Shown here piece after piece: positions 38,325-48,879 of a stretch of 64,000 bases of DNA (positions within the stretch are counted from its first letter, which is position 1; every line of letters begins with the position of its first letter). The translations under genes were made by a program, and so were the position numbers. Location: contig CBDHHL010000032.1 in the NCBI GenBank assembly GCA_965263355.1, positions 3,168,001 to 3,232,000 of the forward strand. The letters are read 5' to 3'. The notes beneath the pieces were generated by a model. That model did no database searches. It worked only from the letters and a program-made list of their open reading frames with translations, and had not been told where the DNA came from. The stretch is from Leptolyngbyaceae cyanobacterium (GTDB taxonomy: Bacteria; Cyanobacteriota; Cyanobacteriia; Phormidesmidales; Phormidesmidaceae).

Positions 38325-39197
38325 TTGTTTACAACCCTGGGTGCTTTAAAGATGCATATATTTCAAAGATTTCATAAATATCTATTACTAATTTCTGGAT
38401 TTAGTCTGATTTTCGTCGGTGTTTCCCCATCTGTTGATGCGTCACCCTGTCCTCAATCCGCATTGTCTCAGGTTGTTCGGCATCGGGTTGAGAATGGCGA
38501 AACCCTAAGCGCGATTGCGGCTCAATATGGATTATTTCCGGCAACACTGATAGCCTTAAATCCTAATGTGTCATCCCAAGGAGCGTTATCTCGGGGGCAA
38601 GTGATTAAAGTGCCTCCTTTTAACGGTAGGGTGGCTCAGGTTGGTGCTGGCCAAACTTGGCAATCCCTAGCCGAACGCTATGAAACTAGGGCTGATTTAT
38701 TATTTGAAGTAAACGGTTGTCCTGCCACATTGCCTAGTCGTATTTTTATTCCGGGTGGTCATCGGGGCACTGCTGTGGCTGCCTCAGTTACATTGAAGTA
38801 TCCATTACCAGAGTTAACGAGGCTGGTCCTTAGTTATGGTTGGCAGCCTCATCCTCAGCGAGACGAGCTTACGTTTAACAGTGGTATTGCCTTCGCGGCT
38901 ATGCCAGGGACCGAAGTTAGGTTAGCTGCCAACGGTGTGATTGCGTTTGTTGGAGAAAATAACGACACTCTAATGGTCGTGGTTAATCATCGTAATGGTC
39001 TGCAAACTCGTTATGGAAACCTCAGTAATGTTGAGTTTGCCGTTGGTGATGCGGTTACTGAAGGTGTTCGTTTGGGTACCGTAGCGGGTGATGCTGCAGA
39101 ATCTTTTATGTACTTTGAAGTGCGTACAAATTCAAATGAAGGCTGGGTAGCACGGGATCCGGGTTTATATTTGCCAGAATTAGACTTGCAGCGTTAA
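38325..39197 (+). CDS. LysM + M23/LytM domain protein, catalytically degenerate
   Basis: LysM H.V..GETLS.IA..YG; M23 fold motifs present but the Zn ligands are substituted. Confidence 0.8.
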   Translation: MFTTLGALKMHIFQRFHKYLLLISGFSLIFVGVSPSVDASPCPQSALSQVVRHRVENGETLSAIAAQYGLFPATLIALNPNVSSQGALSRGQVIKVPPFNGRVAQVGAGQTWQSLAERYETRADLLFEVNGCPATLPSRIFIPGGHRGTAVAASVTLKYPLPELTRLVLSYGWQPHPQRDELTFNSGIAFAAMPGTEVRLAANGVIAFVGENNDTLMVVVNHRNGLQTRYGNLSNVEFAVGDAVTEGVRLGTVAGDAAESFMYFEVRTNSNEGWVARDPGLYLPELDLQR

Positions 39198-39412
39198 TTG
39201 CCTGAGGTATGAAACCTTGTCTAAATCCGGAACAAACGTTTTTTCGTCGAAGAAACTACAGACTGAGGCTGGAACATAATCTGGGCAAAGTTGCTGAATA
39301 TCTGAAGAATTGCAGCGTAAAGCTAGTCATCTTGAGTAAGAAGGCTTACAATGCCGATATTCTATGTCCAATACCATGGGTGAGGGTGCTTTTGTAAGGA
39401 ACGTGTTGTGCT

Positions 39413-40354
39413 ATGGCTAGGCATCCAAGTTTGTCTGAGCGATTGTCTAAGACAGTAAAAGTTTTTTTTAACGGTGCTTCGAGGCGTAATACTCGTTCCC
39501 GTGGTACGCGATTGGGTCATCCACCGGCTGCACAACATAAAGCTGCTAGTACAAAAACGCCCCCCAAAAAGCCAACTCGTATTGCAGATAAGTCGGCCCA
39601 GGTAAATCAGAACAAGGCTGTTAGAAACGGCTCTTTTTGGTCAAGTTTGTTTTGGGTAAGGCCATGGTTGTTGGTGATTGCCCTATGGCTCACGTTTGTT
39701 TTAATGATTGTGATCGCCCTCGCAGGTCTTTCTAACCCTGGTCGTGAAATAGTGTTAGATCCAGTGGATAGTGCCATTGTGGGGCAACCTTTGAGTACAC
39801 CGGATACGGCGGCGGTTTCTCGCCTGATCCCTCGGGATGAAACGAGGTTGCCTCGCCGAGATCCAGCGGCTACGTTACCACCAGTGGAGGCTGAGCGTGC
39901 CATGCCTGTTTGGCCTTTGTTGGTGATGGTGGTGGCTTGTGCCGGGGGATGTATGCTGATGTCAAATCAAGGGCTGTTAGCACCCGAGTCTCGTCGAGGA
40001 CGGCGGCGGGTTGTGGTCTCACAGACAGGGCTTCGGCCTGTGGCAAATTCCCGGCCTGGGCGTTCGCTTAGCAAACGGCAACAACGGCGCTCAAAGCAGC
40101 GTCGTCTCGCAGCTCAGCGTCCGGCCTCTCAAGTGATGACTTTTCGTCCTGGCCAAAGGTTACGCAATACTTCCCCGCAGTCGAGACCCATTGAGTCTAA
40201 GTCTGTTTCCTTTGCGGTTAGCTCGCATGATCAGACCCCTACTTCCGTAACCGTTGTTCCAGACAATGAAAGCTCTTCCCTAGATTGGAAAGAAGGTAGT
40301 TTGGCCCATCGGTTAGATGTACGTCAGACCCGGTCGATTCGGTCGTTTCTATGA
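39413..40354 (+). CDS. Hypothetical membrane protein (two TM helices, Arg-rich)
   Basis: Long ORF; C-terminal VTVVP..E...LDW...SLA..LD.R motif. Confidence 0.65.
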   Translation: MARHPSLSERLSKTVKVFFNGASRRNTRSRGTRLGHPPAAQHKAASTKTPPKKPTRIADKSAQVNQNKAVRNGSFWSSLFWVRPWLLVIALWLTFVLMIVIALAGLSNPGREIVLDPVDSAIVGQPLSTPDTAAVSRLIPRDETRLPRRDPAATLPPVEAERAMPVWPLLVMVVACAGGCMLMSNQGLLAPESRRGRRRVVVSQTGLRPVANSRPGRSLSKRQQRRSKQRRLAAQRPASQVMTFRPGQRLRNTSPQSRPIESKSVSFAVSSHDQTPTSVTVVPDNESSSLDWKEGSLAHRLDVRQTRSIRSFL

Positions 40355-40407
40355 GCCCGTTATTTAGCCTAAGAGGGCAATTGTCTTTTCGTTAAGCAGG
40401 TTTTTTC

Positions 40408-41325
40408 TTGGCTGGCTTGCCGGTTATTTATCACTCTGACTATGTAACACCTCTGCCTGCGGGGCATCGGTTTCCGATGCCAAAGTTTAAGCTGCTGCGG
40501 GATTTGCTTGTGCGAGAGCGGGTGATTGCTGAAGACCAAATTTATCAGCCAGGGCGTCCGCCCCAAGATTGGTTAGAGCTGGTGCATGATTCATCTTATG
40601 TACAGGCTTACTGTGAAGGAGGTTTAGAGCCTAAGGCTCAACGCCGTATTGGCTTACCTTGGAGCGAGGGGTTAGTGAGGCGGACCTGTACTGCCGTAGG
40701 AGGGACTATTCTGACGGCTAAGCTAGCGTTGAACCATGGCTTAGCTTGTAATACGGCGGGGGGGACTCACCATGCGTTTCCAGGCTATGGGGCTGGATTT
40801 TGTATTTTTAATGATATTGCGATCGCAACCCGCCTGCTCAAGCGCCAAAACCTCCTCAAAACTGTCCTAGTAGTCGATTTAGACGTTCATCAAGGCGACG
40901 GCACCGCCTGGATTTTTCGCGATGACCCCAGCGTATTTACCTTTTCCATGCACTGTGCCGTTAATTTTCCAGGTCGTAAGCAAACCAGCGACCTGGATGT
41001 TCCCTTAGTAGAGGGCACTGAAGATGATGACTATTTAGCAAAATTAGCCGTCTACTTACCGAGTTTACTCACCCAGGTCAACCCTGATTTGGTAATTTAT
41101 GACGCCGGGGCCGATCCCCATCGAGATGATCGCCTGGGTAAACTGGCATTGACAGATGAAGGACTTTACCGACGTGATCAATACGTCTTGGAAACCTGCG
41201 TACGTGCAGGCTACCCAGTCGCCTGTGTCATCGGTGGTGGCTATGGCAAGGACATGAAAGCGCTAATTTATCGGCACTCATACTTGCATCGAACTGCCGT
41301 CGAAGTCTATCGAAAATACTGCTAA
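40408..41325 (+). CDS. Histone deacetylase family protein
   Basis: GGTHHA, GFC.FND, DLDVHQGDGT, GAD....D.LG, GGGY. Confidence 0.95.
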   Translation: MAGLPVIYHSDYVTPLPAGHRFPMPKFKLLRDLLVRERVIAEDQIYQPGRPPQDWLELVHDSSYVQAYCEGGLEPKAQRRIGLPWSEGLVRRTCTAVGGTILTAKLALNHGLACNTAGGTHHAFPGYGAGFCIFNDIAIATRLLKRQNLLKTVLVVDLDVHQGDGTAWIFRDDPSVFTFSMHCAVNFPGRKQTSDLDVPLVEGTEDDDYLAKLAVYLPSLLTQVNPDLVIYDAGADPHRDDRLGKLALTDEGLYRRDQYVLETCVRAGYPVACVIGGGYGKDMKALIYRHSYLHRTAVEVYRKYC

Positions 41326-41389
41326 AAATTTAAGATGGAACAGTATCGACCCAACTGTTCCTCCATAAAAGCAATACAGTTTTTATTTT

Positions 41390-42289
41390 TTGCCCATGCC
41401 TTGGACCGTCATTACTTTTTATAAGTTTGTAAAACTCAATAATTTTGAGGCTCTGCGTCAGCCTATTTTGGAGTTGTGTCGGTCTCAGGGCATTAAAGGA
41501 ACAATTCTGCTGGCACTTGAAGGAATTAACTCCACAGTTTCAGGGACAGATACTGCCCTAAATGCCTTGCTGTCTCACTTGAAGCAAGACCCACGTTTAG
41601 CCGATCTGACCCATAAAACGTCATGGGCTGAGGACCAACCGTTCCCTCGGATGAAGGTTAAGCTTAAAAAAGAGATTGTTACCCTAGGGCAACCGGACGT
41701 GAGTCCGACTAAACAGGTGGGAACGTATGTCGATCCTAAGGACTGGAACCAGGTGATTGCGGATCCGGAGGTGGTGGTGGTGGATACCCGGAATACCTAT
41801 GAGGTGGATATCGGTACTTTCCAGGGAGCCAATAACCCACAAACTGAGTCATTTCGAGAGTTTCCTCACTATGCAAAAGAACAATTAGATCCCACCAAGC
41901 ATAAGAAAGTGGCTATGTTTTGCACTGGGGGTATTCGCTGTGAAAAAGCCTCTTCCTACCTTCTGGACCAGGGGTTTGAGCAGGTTTATCACCTTAAAGG
42001 TGGCATCCTAAAGTACTTGGAAGAGGTCCCAGCTGAAGAGAGTCTTTGGCAAGGTGAATGTTTTGTCTTTGACCAGCGAGTAACCGTACAACATGGATTA
42101 GAACCTGGTAACTACACCATGTGTCGTGGCTGTGGTAATCCAGTTTCTGGGGAGGCTATGCAGTCACCCCACTATGTGCCAGGGCTGTCATGTCCTAGTT
42201 GTTACGCCCAACTCACTGATAAGCAGCGTATGCGTTTTGCTGAACGGATCAAACAACGACAGCTAGAGAAACAGAGAGAATCTCTCTAA
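41390..42289 (+). CDS. trhO: Rhodanese-domain tRNA uridine(34) hydroxylase (YceA/TrhO)
   Basis: [38 protein letters not shown]. Confidence 0.88.
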   Translation: MPMPWTVITFYKFVKLNNFEALRQPILELCRSQGIKGTILLALEGINSTVSGTDTALNALLSHLKQDPRLADLTHKTSWAEDQPFPRMKVKLKKEIVTLGQPDVSPTKQVGTYVDPKDWNQVIADPEVVVVDTRNTYEVDIGTFQGANNPQTESFREFPHYAKEQLDPTKHKKVAMFCTGGIRCEKASSYLLDQGFEQVYHLKGGILKYLEEVPAEESLWQGECFVFDQRVTVQHGLEPGNYTMCRGCGNPVSGEAMQSPHYVPGLSCPSCYAQLTDKQRMRFAERIKQRQLEKQRESL

Positions 42290-43123
42290 CTAACGTGCTA
42301 CAGCCAAGGCAGAGGGTAAAGGAATATTCTCTTCAATTCGATATCCTTGCTGCTCGATCAGGTGTTGCAATTTGCGCACACGTTTTCGGGAAGGTGGATG
42401 ACTGGCCAAAATTGCTAACTCAGGACGCTTTTCCTGACTCAAACGCTCAAAGAAATCAGTTGCTCCGCCTGCATGGCCATAGGTTTGGTTAAGTAAAGTG
42501 AGGCCTATCTGATCAGCCTGTTGTTCTTGCTGCTGTGAGAACTGGGCATTGGAAAGGGTAGAAATACTATTGGTTGCTATGGAGCCTATGGTCCCAAAGT
42601 CACCTAATAATGTCGAAAGGGAAAGACGGATTAAGACCTGGCGACTAAGACCGCGCAGATGGTCACGGTTGGCAAAATGACCAAGCTCATGGCCTAGAAC
42701 CATCATAAGCTCATTTTCGGAGGTGACTTCGGCTAGTAGTCCCTGGTAGATGATGATGCGATCGCCTGGAATCGCCAAGGCATTAACAGTCTCGTCTGGC
42801 ACATATAACACTTGATAAGCTCGATCATTTCTCTGCTCAGTAGGTAAATGCTCTTCTAACCGGTCTAGCAATTGATTTAGCGTATCCTGTGCTGCCGATG
42901 GCTCAGCTTGGGCCTCATAAGTCGGCACAATGGCTCTGCCCAACTGTTGCTCTACGCTGGTTGGAATGAGCCAGACCAAAACACCTGATAACCAAAATGC
43001 AAGGCCGATGGCTAAGCCGATACCTGCAAGAAACAAACCTAACAGTGTCAGTAACTGACGATTGCTAGGTGGTGGCGTTGTGTCACTGTAAGCTGCTGTG
43101 CCAGGAGGCAGTTCAATGGGCAT
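42290..43123 (-). CDS. M48 family metallopeptidase
   Basis: VNA.A.PG, HELGH, E..AD, SHP. Confidence 0.9.
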   Translation of the reverse strand: MPIELPPGTAAYSDTTPPPSNRQLLTLLGLFLAGIGLAIGLAFWLSGVLVWLIPTSVEQQLGRAIVPTYEAQAEPSAAQDTLNQLLDRLEEHLPTEQRNDRAYQVLYVPDETVNALAIPGDRIIIYQGLLAEVTSENELMMVLGHELGHFANRDHLRGLSRQVLIRLSLSTLLGDFGTIGSIATNSISTLSNAQFSQQQEQQADQIGLTLLNQTYGHAGGATDFFERLSQEKRPELAILASHPPSRKRVRKLQHLIEQQGYRIEENIPLPSALAVAR

Positions 43124-43129
43124 ATTAAT

Positions 43130-43831
43130 CTAATCGTTGCTTTTTGTTGGTCGGAAAGGATTGAGGAAATTAATTAGCGAGTAGATGTTACGGGACTGCA
43201 CCCACAGGCGTCCTGAACCACTAAAACGAGCTACCAAACCCTCTCCACCAAAAATACCGGTTCTTAACCCCCTAAACGATAGGCCACTAATCATTTCTAC
43301 GTTATAAGTAAGGGTATCTTCAAACGCGACAATATAGCCCGTGTCTACGACATAGTCGCCTTCTACAGGAATTTCTAAAATTGCTCCAAAGGAGCTAAAC
43401 CAAAAGTCTCCTTGCCCTGTAACTTTGAGTAGAAACAGGGATTCTCCACTAAAGAACCCTTTAAATCCTTGAAATTTACTGTCAATGGACACCCCTGGCC
43501 CCGCTGCGACAAAGCCAGACGACTGTACCATCAAATTTTGACTACCATCCAAAACATAGTGCTGAATATCTCCAGGAACACCTGGTGATATATACAATTC
43601 TCCGGGTTGGCCGTTTGCTGTAAATTCGCTGATAAATAGAGATTCGCCCCCCAGCATTCTACCCAGGCCTTGTTTCCATCCTCCTTTCGCTTTTGATTTC
43701 ATGTCGATACAGCTATCCATGGCCGCCATCGCTCCAGCTTCCACAGATACTGTTTGATTGGGCTGGAGGCTGAGCTTGAGTGAAGCGTAGGCAGGGTTAT
43801 GTTCGATGGAATAAGTGATTGTGCTACTCAT
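43130..43831 (-). CDS. AIM24/TIGR00266 family protein
   Basis: EAGAMAAM, GGESLF, VDTG..VAF, GEG. Confidence 0.9.
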   Translation of the reverse strand: MSSTITYSIEHNPAYASLKLSLQPNQTVSVEAGAMAAMDSCIDMKSKAKGGWKQGLGRMLGGESLFISEFTANGQPGELYISPGVPGDIQHYVLDGSQNLMVQSSGFVAAGPGVSIDSKFQGFKGFFSGESLFLLKVTGQGDFWFSSFGAILEIPVEGDYVVDTGYIVAFEDTLTYNVEMISGLSFRGLRTGIFGGEGLVARFSGSGRLWVQSRNIYSLINFLNPFRPTKSND

Positions 43832-43876
43832 CTGGTGCGATTCCTAGTGGGTGACGGGTTAATGAATAGAGGGCGG

Positions 43877-44018
43877 GGTTCGACTGCGCTCACCCCTGAT
43901 TTTTTCCATGGGCTCAATCCTCGGTTTTTTCTCACTTTTGATTAGGTGAGCGAAGTCGCCATGTATTTACCAGGTGGGCAAAATCGCCATGTATTCGCTA
44001 GGTGAGCGAAGTCGAACC
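43877..44018. repeat. REP/MITE-like element with 18-bp terminal IRs and internal 28-bp tandem units
   Basis: ggttcgactgcgctcacc (43877-43894) versus ggtgagcgaagtcgaacc (44001-44018), one mismatch; units start at 43944, 43972 and 44000. Confidence 0.75.
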
Positions 44019-44695
44019 TAGCGAGGCGGTAATTTACCACCGACTAATTGTCCAAAGGAGCCAGGATTATGGGTTTGGCAAAAGACCTTACCCTGTCCTC
44101 TAAATTGGCAGACAAACCCCTCTCCTCCAAAAAACGCTCCAGCCCAGCTTTTATTGGCTTTAGCGATGTTGTAGTTGAGGGTGTTTTCAAAGGCAACAAT
44201 ATGGCCTGTATCAACGATGTATTCTCCATCGACATCCACGTCATAAATGCCACCAAAGGCGCTGAGTAGGACTAAACCAGAACCGCTAGCTGTGAGCCAG
44301 AAAAGAGATTCTCCTGAAAAGAGACTTTTGAAGCCGGTAAAGCCTAAGTCAATGTCTACTCCAGGGGTGCTAGCCATATAGCCCGTTGATTGAACAATTA
44401 GTTCTGTGTCGTTGAGAGTATAGGGGAGAATGTCGCCAATCAATTTGGGGGCAAGGTATAGCTCTGCAGAGCTATTGCCTGAGCGAAAGACGCTCATAAA
44501 GAGGGACTCTCCCGCGAGCATGCGTTTTAATCCACCGAAAACGCCACCGCCCTTACCCTTACGAAGGGTAGTGCTGACGTTAACAAATCCGCTCATGGCG
44601 ACCATGGCTCCGGCTTCGGCAATTATTTCCTCTTGGGGCTCCATGAAAATTTTTGCGATCGCACTATCCGGCTGATGTAATAGTTCAAGTTTCAT
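44018..44695 (-). CDS. AIM24/TIGR00266 family protein
   Basis: AEAGAMVAM, GESLF, VDTGHIVAF, GGEG. Confidence 0.9.
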   Translation of the reverse strand: MKLELLHQPDSAIAKIFMEPQEEIIAEAGAMVAMSGFVNVSTTLRKGKGGGVFGGLKRMLAGESLFMSVFRSGNSSAELYLAPKLIGDILPYTLNDTELIVQSTGYMASTPGVDIDLGFTGFKSLFSGESLFWLTASGSGLVLLSAFGGIYDVDVDGEYIVDTGHIVAFENTLNYNIAKANKSWAGAFFGGEGFVCQFRGQGKVFCQTHNPGSFGQLVGGKLPPR

Positions 44696-44747
44696 ACTGT
44701 TCCAAACTCATAAGATTTCAGGTTGGTTGTTGAGTCAGTTTTTTCAC

Positions 44748-45410
44748 CTATCGCAGTTTTGACCTGAGGAATCCAACTAATCCATCCATGCTGCGAGACT
44801 GAAGATATATTTTGCCTCGCCCCGTGAGCCGATTGATAAACCCTTCGCCGGAGGTAATGGAACCCAACATGCCACCGGAAAGGCCAATATTCATTGTGAT
44901 ACTGGGTTCATAGGCCACTAAATGGCCGTTATCGACAATAAATTCATTTTTGACATCTACTTCAGAGAGGCCTCCATAGGCACCAAAGAAGACTAGCCCC
45001 TGACCGCCCAACTTGAGTTTAAATAATCCTTCACCAGCAAACCAGCTAGAAAAGCCTGCCCACCGTAGTTCTACTTTGACTCCGGAACTATGGGCGATGT
45101 AAGCTCCCGGCTGCAGGCACAGCTCATTGCCGTTCAGTTCTATGCGAGTAATGTCGCCAATGGTAGATTGAGTCAGCACTAGCTCTTGGGCGCTATTGGT
45201 CCGATTAGCAAATTGATTTAAAAATAGAGATTCGCCACCGAAAAAAGCCTTTAGCAATCCTGGAATTAGCCCACCAAAAAAGCCTGTGCTCATGGCTATC
45301 TGGCCATCCATGCTAGCCATGGCCCCGGCTTCGGCAAAAATGCGCTCCCCTGGCTCTAAGGTAATAAATAAAGTGGCAAACGCTGGCTTGTAGCGAACTT
45401 CGTACTTCAT
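44748..45410 (-). CDS. AIM24/TIGR00266 family protein
   Basis: AEAGAMASM, GGESLF, VDNGHLVA, SGEG. Confidence 0.9.
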   Translation of the reverse strand: MKYEVRYKPAFATLFITLEPGERIFAEAGAMASMDGQIAMSTGFFGGLIPGLLKAFFGGESLFLNQFANRTNSAQELVLTQSTIGDITRIELNGNELCLQPGAYIAHSSGVKVELRWAGFSSWFAGEGLFKLKLGGQGLVFFGAYGGLSEVDVKNEFIVDNGHLVAYEPSITMNIGLSGGMLGSITSGEGFINRLTGRGKIYLQSRSMDGLVGFLRSKLR

Positions 45411-45610
45411 CGCTAACGCTCCCGTAGGTTTAGTCGTGAATGGGTGTAATCCATCTCAGACTACCTAGCTGAGGCTGTAAAATAACAGCCTCAGTTGATA
45501 AAGCGCAACATAAACATCCATCTAGGTATATGGGGCGCTGAACTTAGTCAGGACTAAAGGGGAGTCCAGATAAATTGTTCTACATTTCAGATAGTTAACT
45601 AGCTCTTAGC

Positions 45611-45994
45611 TCAATCATTATGATGGGAGGGGGCTGCGACATCACTGGTCAACCCTTGTGCCGCTTCATCGGTTTTGGCCGCCATGATGAAATCATTACG
45701 GTGAAGTCCATTGAGGGCATGGGTCCACCAGGTTACGGTGACTTTGCCCCATTCGGTGAGCAAGGCTGGATGATGTTGCTCTGTTTCTGCGATCGCACCC
45801 ACCTTATTAGTAAATTCTAGGGCGGTCTTAAAATCGCCAAAGTTATAGATCCGCTGCAATTGAGAGACACCATCTACATCAATGATCTCCCAATCTGGAA
45901 TCTGAGGCTTGAGTTCTGCAATTTCAGTATCGCTGGCGGGCGGTACCTTTCCACTACAGGGAATACAGGTTTGATTTGTCAGTGAATCACTCAT
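45611..45994 (-). CDS. phhB: Pterin-4-alpha-carbinolamine dehydratase
   Basis: AE...HHP, WWTH...GLH.NDFIMAAK.D. Confidence 0.88.
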   Translation of the reverse strand: MSDSLTNQTCIPCSGKVPPASDTEIAELKPQIPDWEIIDVDGVSQLQRIYNFGDFKTALEFTNKVGAIAETEQHHPALLTEWGKVTVTWWTHALNGLHRNDFIMAAKTDEAAQGLTSDVAAPSHHND

Positions 45995-46016
45995 CTATTT
46001 CCCTCCTGGGTTTAGT

Positions 46017-46044
46017 AGGCAAGGACTTGTGTCAGTCCTTGCCT
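46017..46044 (-). terminator. Stem-loop after acnB
   Basis: aggcaaggact/agtccttgcct 11-bp stem. Confidence 0.5.
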
Positions 46045-46055
46045 CAAGGTTCTCA

Positions 46056-48665
46056 TTAACCGGCTGCAACGGCTTCTTTTTCGATCTTTTCCTCTTCGTC
46101 TTTAGAGATTACCCGACCCTCATCTTCAAACCCTTTAAGTTGGTCAAAGTTGAGATATCGATATAATTCATCTGCAAAAGGATCGATTTTCTTAGCAACA
46201 ATCTCTAAATATTCATCCATATTAGGAATACGGCCTAACAATGCACAGGCTGCCGCTAGTTCAGCTGACCCCAGATACACCTGTGCGCCTTTACCCATGC
46301 GGTTGTTAAAGTTCCGGGTGGAGGTTGAGAATACCGTTGCGCCATCTTCCACACGGGCCTGGTTCCCCATACAGAGAGAACATCCTGGCATCTCAGTCCG
46401 GGCCCCCGCAGCGGCAAAGGTGCCGTAGTAACCTTCCTTACGCAGCTGTTGCTCATCCATGCGGGTGGGTGGACAAATCCAGAGACGCCCTTTGACCGTG
46501 CCAGCTCCTTCAAGCACCTTGGCCGATGCCCGATAGTGACCAATGTTGGTCATACAGGAGCCAATAAAGACCTCATCAACTTTGTTGTCAACAACATCTG
46601 AGAGAGTTTTAATGTTGTCGGGGTCATTAGGGGCAGCAACCAGGGGCTCCTTAATCTCATTGAGATCAATTTCAATCACTTCTGCATATGCCGCATCTTT
46701 GTCCGCTGACATCAGGCTGGGGTTAGCTAACCAATCTTCCATCGCCGCAATCCGTCGAGCCAACGTGCGCGCATCAGCGTACCCACGGGCAATCATATTC
46801 TTCATTAGGGCCACATTTGACCGCAGATATTCAGCGACGGTCTCTTCACTAAGCTTGATGGTGCAACCTGCGGCAGACCGTTCTGCTGTAGCATCAGTCA
46901 GCTCAAAGGCTTGCTCCAGCTTCAGGTCAGGTAAGCCTTCCATCTCAATAATGCGACCGGAGAAAACATTTTTCTTGTTCTTTTTCTCCACGGTCAATAG
47001 CCCTTTCTGAATGGCTACATATGGAATTGCATTAACAATATCTCGCAGCGTAATTCCAGGCTGTAGTTCACCTTTGAATTTGACCAGTACCGACTCCGGC
47101 ATATCCAGTGGCATGGCACCGATAGCTGCAGCAAAGGCCACCAGACCAGATCCGGCTGGGAAGGAGATGCCCAAGGGGAAGCGGGTATGGGAGTCACCAC
47201 CAGTACCAACCGTATCAGGCATCAGCATGCGGTTGAGCCATGAGTGAATGATGCCATCACCAGGTTGTAGCGCGACACCGCCACGGGACGCAAAGAAATC
47301 AGGTAACGTAGCATGGGTTTCCACATCCACTGGTTTCGGATAGGCGGCAGTATGGCAGAAGGTTTGCAGCACTAGGCCTGCACTAAAGCCAAGACAGGCT
47401 AATTCCTTCATCTCATCACGGGTCATGGGACCAGTGGTGTCTTGGGAACCGACAGTTGTCATTAGAGGCTCACAGGACATGCCAGGACGTACACCAGGTA
47501 GACCGCAGGCTTTACCTACCATCTTCTGGGCTAAGGTATATCCCTTGCCAGTCTCCGCTGGGGCTGCAGGCCGTACAAACACATTGCTGGGGTCTAGCCC
47601 TAACGCTGCACGCGTCTTATCTGTCAGGGCACGACCAATCATTAGAGGAATACGCCCACCGGCCCTTACCTCATCTAAAAGGGTGTCAGGGGTGAGACTA
47701 AAGGTGGAAATAACCGTACCATCCTTAGTGATTTCTCCTTTGCGCACGTGGATGGTGACGACATCGCCAGTTTCCATTTGGGAAACGTCACATTCAATGG
47801 GCAGCGCACCGGAGTCTTCTGCTGTATTGAAGAAAATGGGAGCAATTTTACCGCCGAGGATGTAGCCACTTGTTCTCTTGTTAGGAACGTGGGGAATGTC
47901 CTCGCCCAAATGCCAGATGACGGAGTTCATGGCTGACTTGCGGGAAGAGCCGGTACCGACAACGTCACCCACATAGGCAACTGGATTGCCCTTGGTTTTA
48001 AGTTCGGCAATGGTTTCCAGGGCCTTGGGCATTTTCGATTCCAGCATGACCAAACCGTGCAAAGGGATGTCTGGACGGCTAGTGGCATGGGGGGCAGGGG
48101 ATAGATCGTCTGTGTTGGTTTCGCCAGGTACCTTGAAGACTGTGATGTCGATGGTATCGGGGACCTCAGGCTTGTTGGTAAACCACTCTGCGGCGGCCCA
48201 TGCATCGATTACTTGTTGGGCGTAGTTGCTACCGTTGTCATTGCTCTGGGCCACAGCCAGGACATCATTAAAGGCGTCATAGACTAGCAGCGTTTTTTTC
48301 AGGGCATCCGTGGCTGCTTGGGCCAGTTCTGCGTCCGTCGACTTGAGGAGATCAACCAGGGACTGGACGTTATAGCCTCCTAACATGGTGCCGAGTAGTT
48401 GCACGGCGCTGAGGGGGGATATTAACGGACTGGTGGTTTCGCCTTTGGCAATGGCGGTGAGGAAGGAGGCTTTGACATAGGAGGCTTGGTCTACACCGGG
48501 GGGGATGCGATCGCACAGCAAATGCATCAAAAACTCCGCTTCACCCTCTGGTGGAGTTTTTAGAAGTTCACAGAGGTCAGCAGTCTGCTCCGCAGTAAGG
48601 GGTAAGGGGGGAATGCCCAACGCCGCCCGTTGCTCGACATGTTTGCGATAGTGTGTAAGCATCAT
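46056..48665 (-). CDS. acnB: Aconitate hydratase B
   Basis: [46 protein letters not shown]. Confidence 0.97.
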   Translation of the reverse strand: MMLTHYRKHVEQRAALGIPPLPLTAEQTADLCELLKTPPEGEAEFLMHLLCDRIPPGVDQASYVKASFLTAIAKGETTSPLISPLSAVQLLGTMLGGYNVQSLVDLLKSTDAELAQAATDALKKTLLVYDAFNDVLAVAQSNDNGSNYAQQVIDAWAAAEWFTNKPEVPDTIDITVFKVPGETNTDDLSPAPHATSRPDIPLHGLVMLESKMPKALETIAELKTKGNPVAYVGDVVGTGSSRKSAMNSVIWHLGEDIPHVPNKRTSGYILGGKIAPIFFNTAEDSGALPIECDVSQMETGDVVTIHVRKGEITKDGTVISTFSLTPDTLLDEVRAGGRIPLMIGRALTDKTRAALGLDPSNVFVRPAAPAETGKGYTLAQKMVGKACGLPGVRPGMSCEPLMTTVGSQDTTGPMTRDEMKELACLGFSAGLVLQTFCHTAAYPKPVDVETHATLPDFFASRGGVALQPGDGIIHSWLNRMLMPDTVGTGGDSHTRFPLGISFPAGSGLVAFAAAIGAMPLDMPESVLVKFKGELQPGITLRDIVNAIPYVAIQKGLLTVEKKNKKNVFSGRIIEMEGLPDLKLEQAFELTDATAERSAAGCTIKLSEETVAEYLRSNVALMKNMIARGYADARTLARRIAAMEDWLANPSLMSADKDAAYAEVIEIDLNEIKEPLVAAPNDPDNIKTLSDVVDNKVDEVFIGSCMTNIGHYRASAKVLEGAGTVKGRLWICPPTRMDEQQLRKEGYYGTFAAAGARTEMPGCSLCMGNQARVEDGATVFSTSTRNFNNRMGKGAQVYLGSAELAAACALLGRIPNMDEYLEIVAKKIDPFADELYRYLNFDQLKGFEDEGRVISKDEEEKIEKEAVAAG

Positions 48666-48790
48666 TTTTGCTGCGCTCTGAATATAAAGGAATCGGTGCT
48701 TTGCAAAGCCTAAATGCTTAAGGAAATCAGCATTTTAGGCCCATGATTTTACCATTAATCATATAGCAATTTTAAATTTTCATAATGACA

Positions 48791-48827
48791 AAAAAGGTGC
48801 TGTAGCAGACGCCTGCAGCACCTTTTT
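48791..48827 (-). terminator. Bidirectional intrinsic terminator downstream of mscS
   Basis: aaaaaggtgctg...cagcaccttttt. Confidence 0.75.
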
Positions 48828-48879
48828 GTTTAGCAAAGTTGATTACTTGTATAAGCAATTTGAGTTGCCTAAAAGTTGT

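Noticed and set aside
43944..44018. 28-bp repeats as a CRISPR array
   Set aside because: The units are directly adjacent with no spacers, and no cas operon is in the window
46150..48225. Multiple antisense and alternate-frame ORFs inside acnB (likewise inside ndhF3, the Deg protease and pstS)
   Set aside because: Shadow ORFs of well-conserved genes with no recognisable motifs
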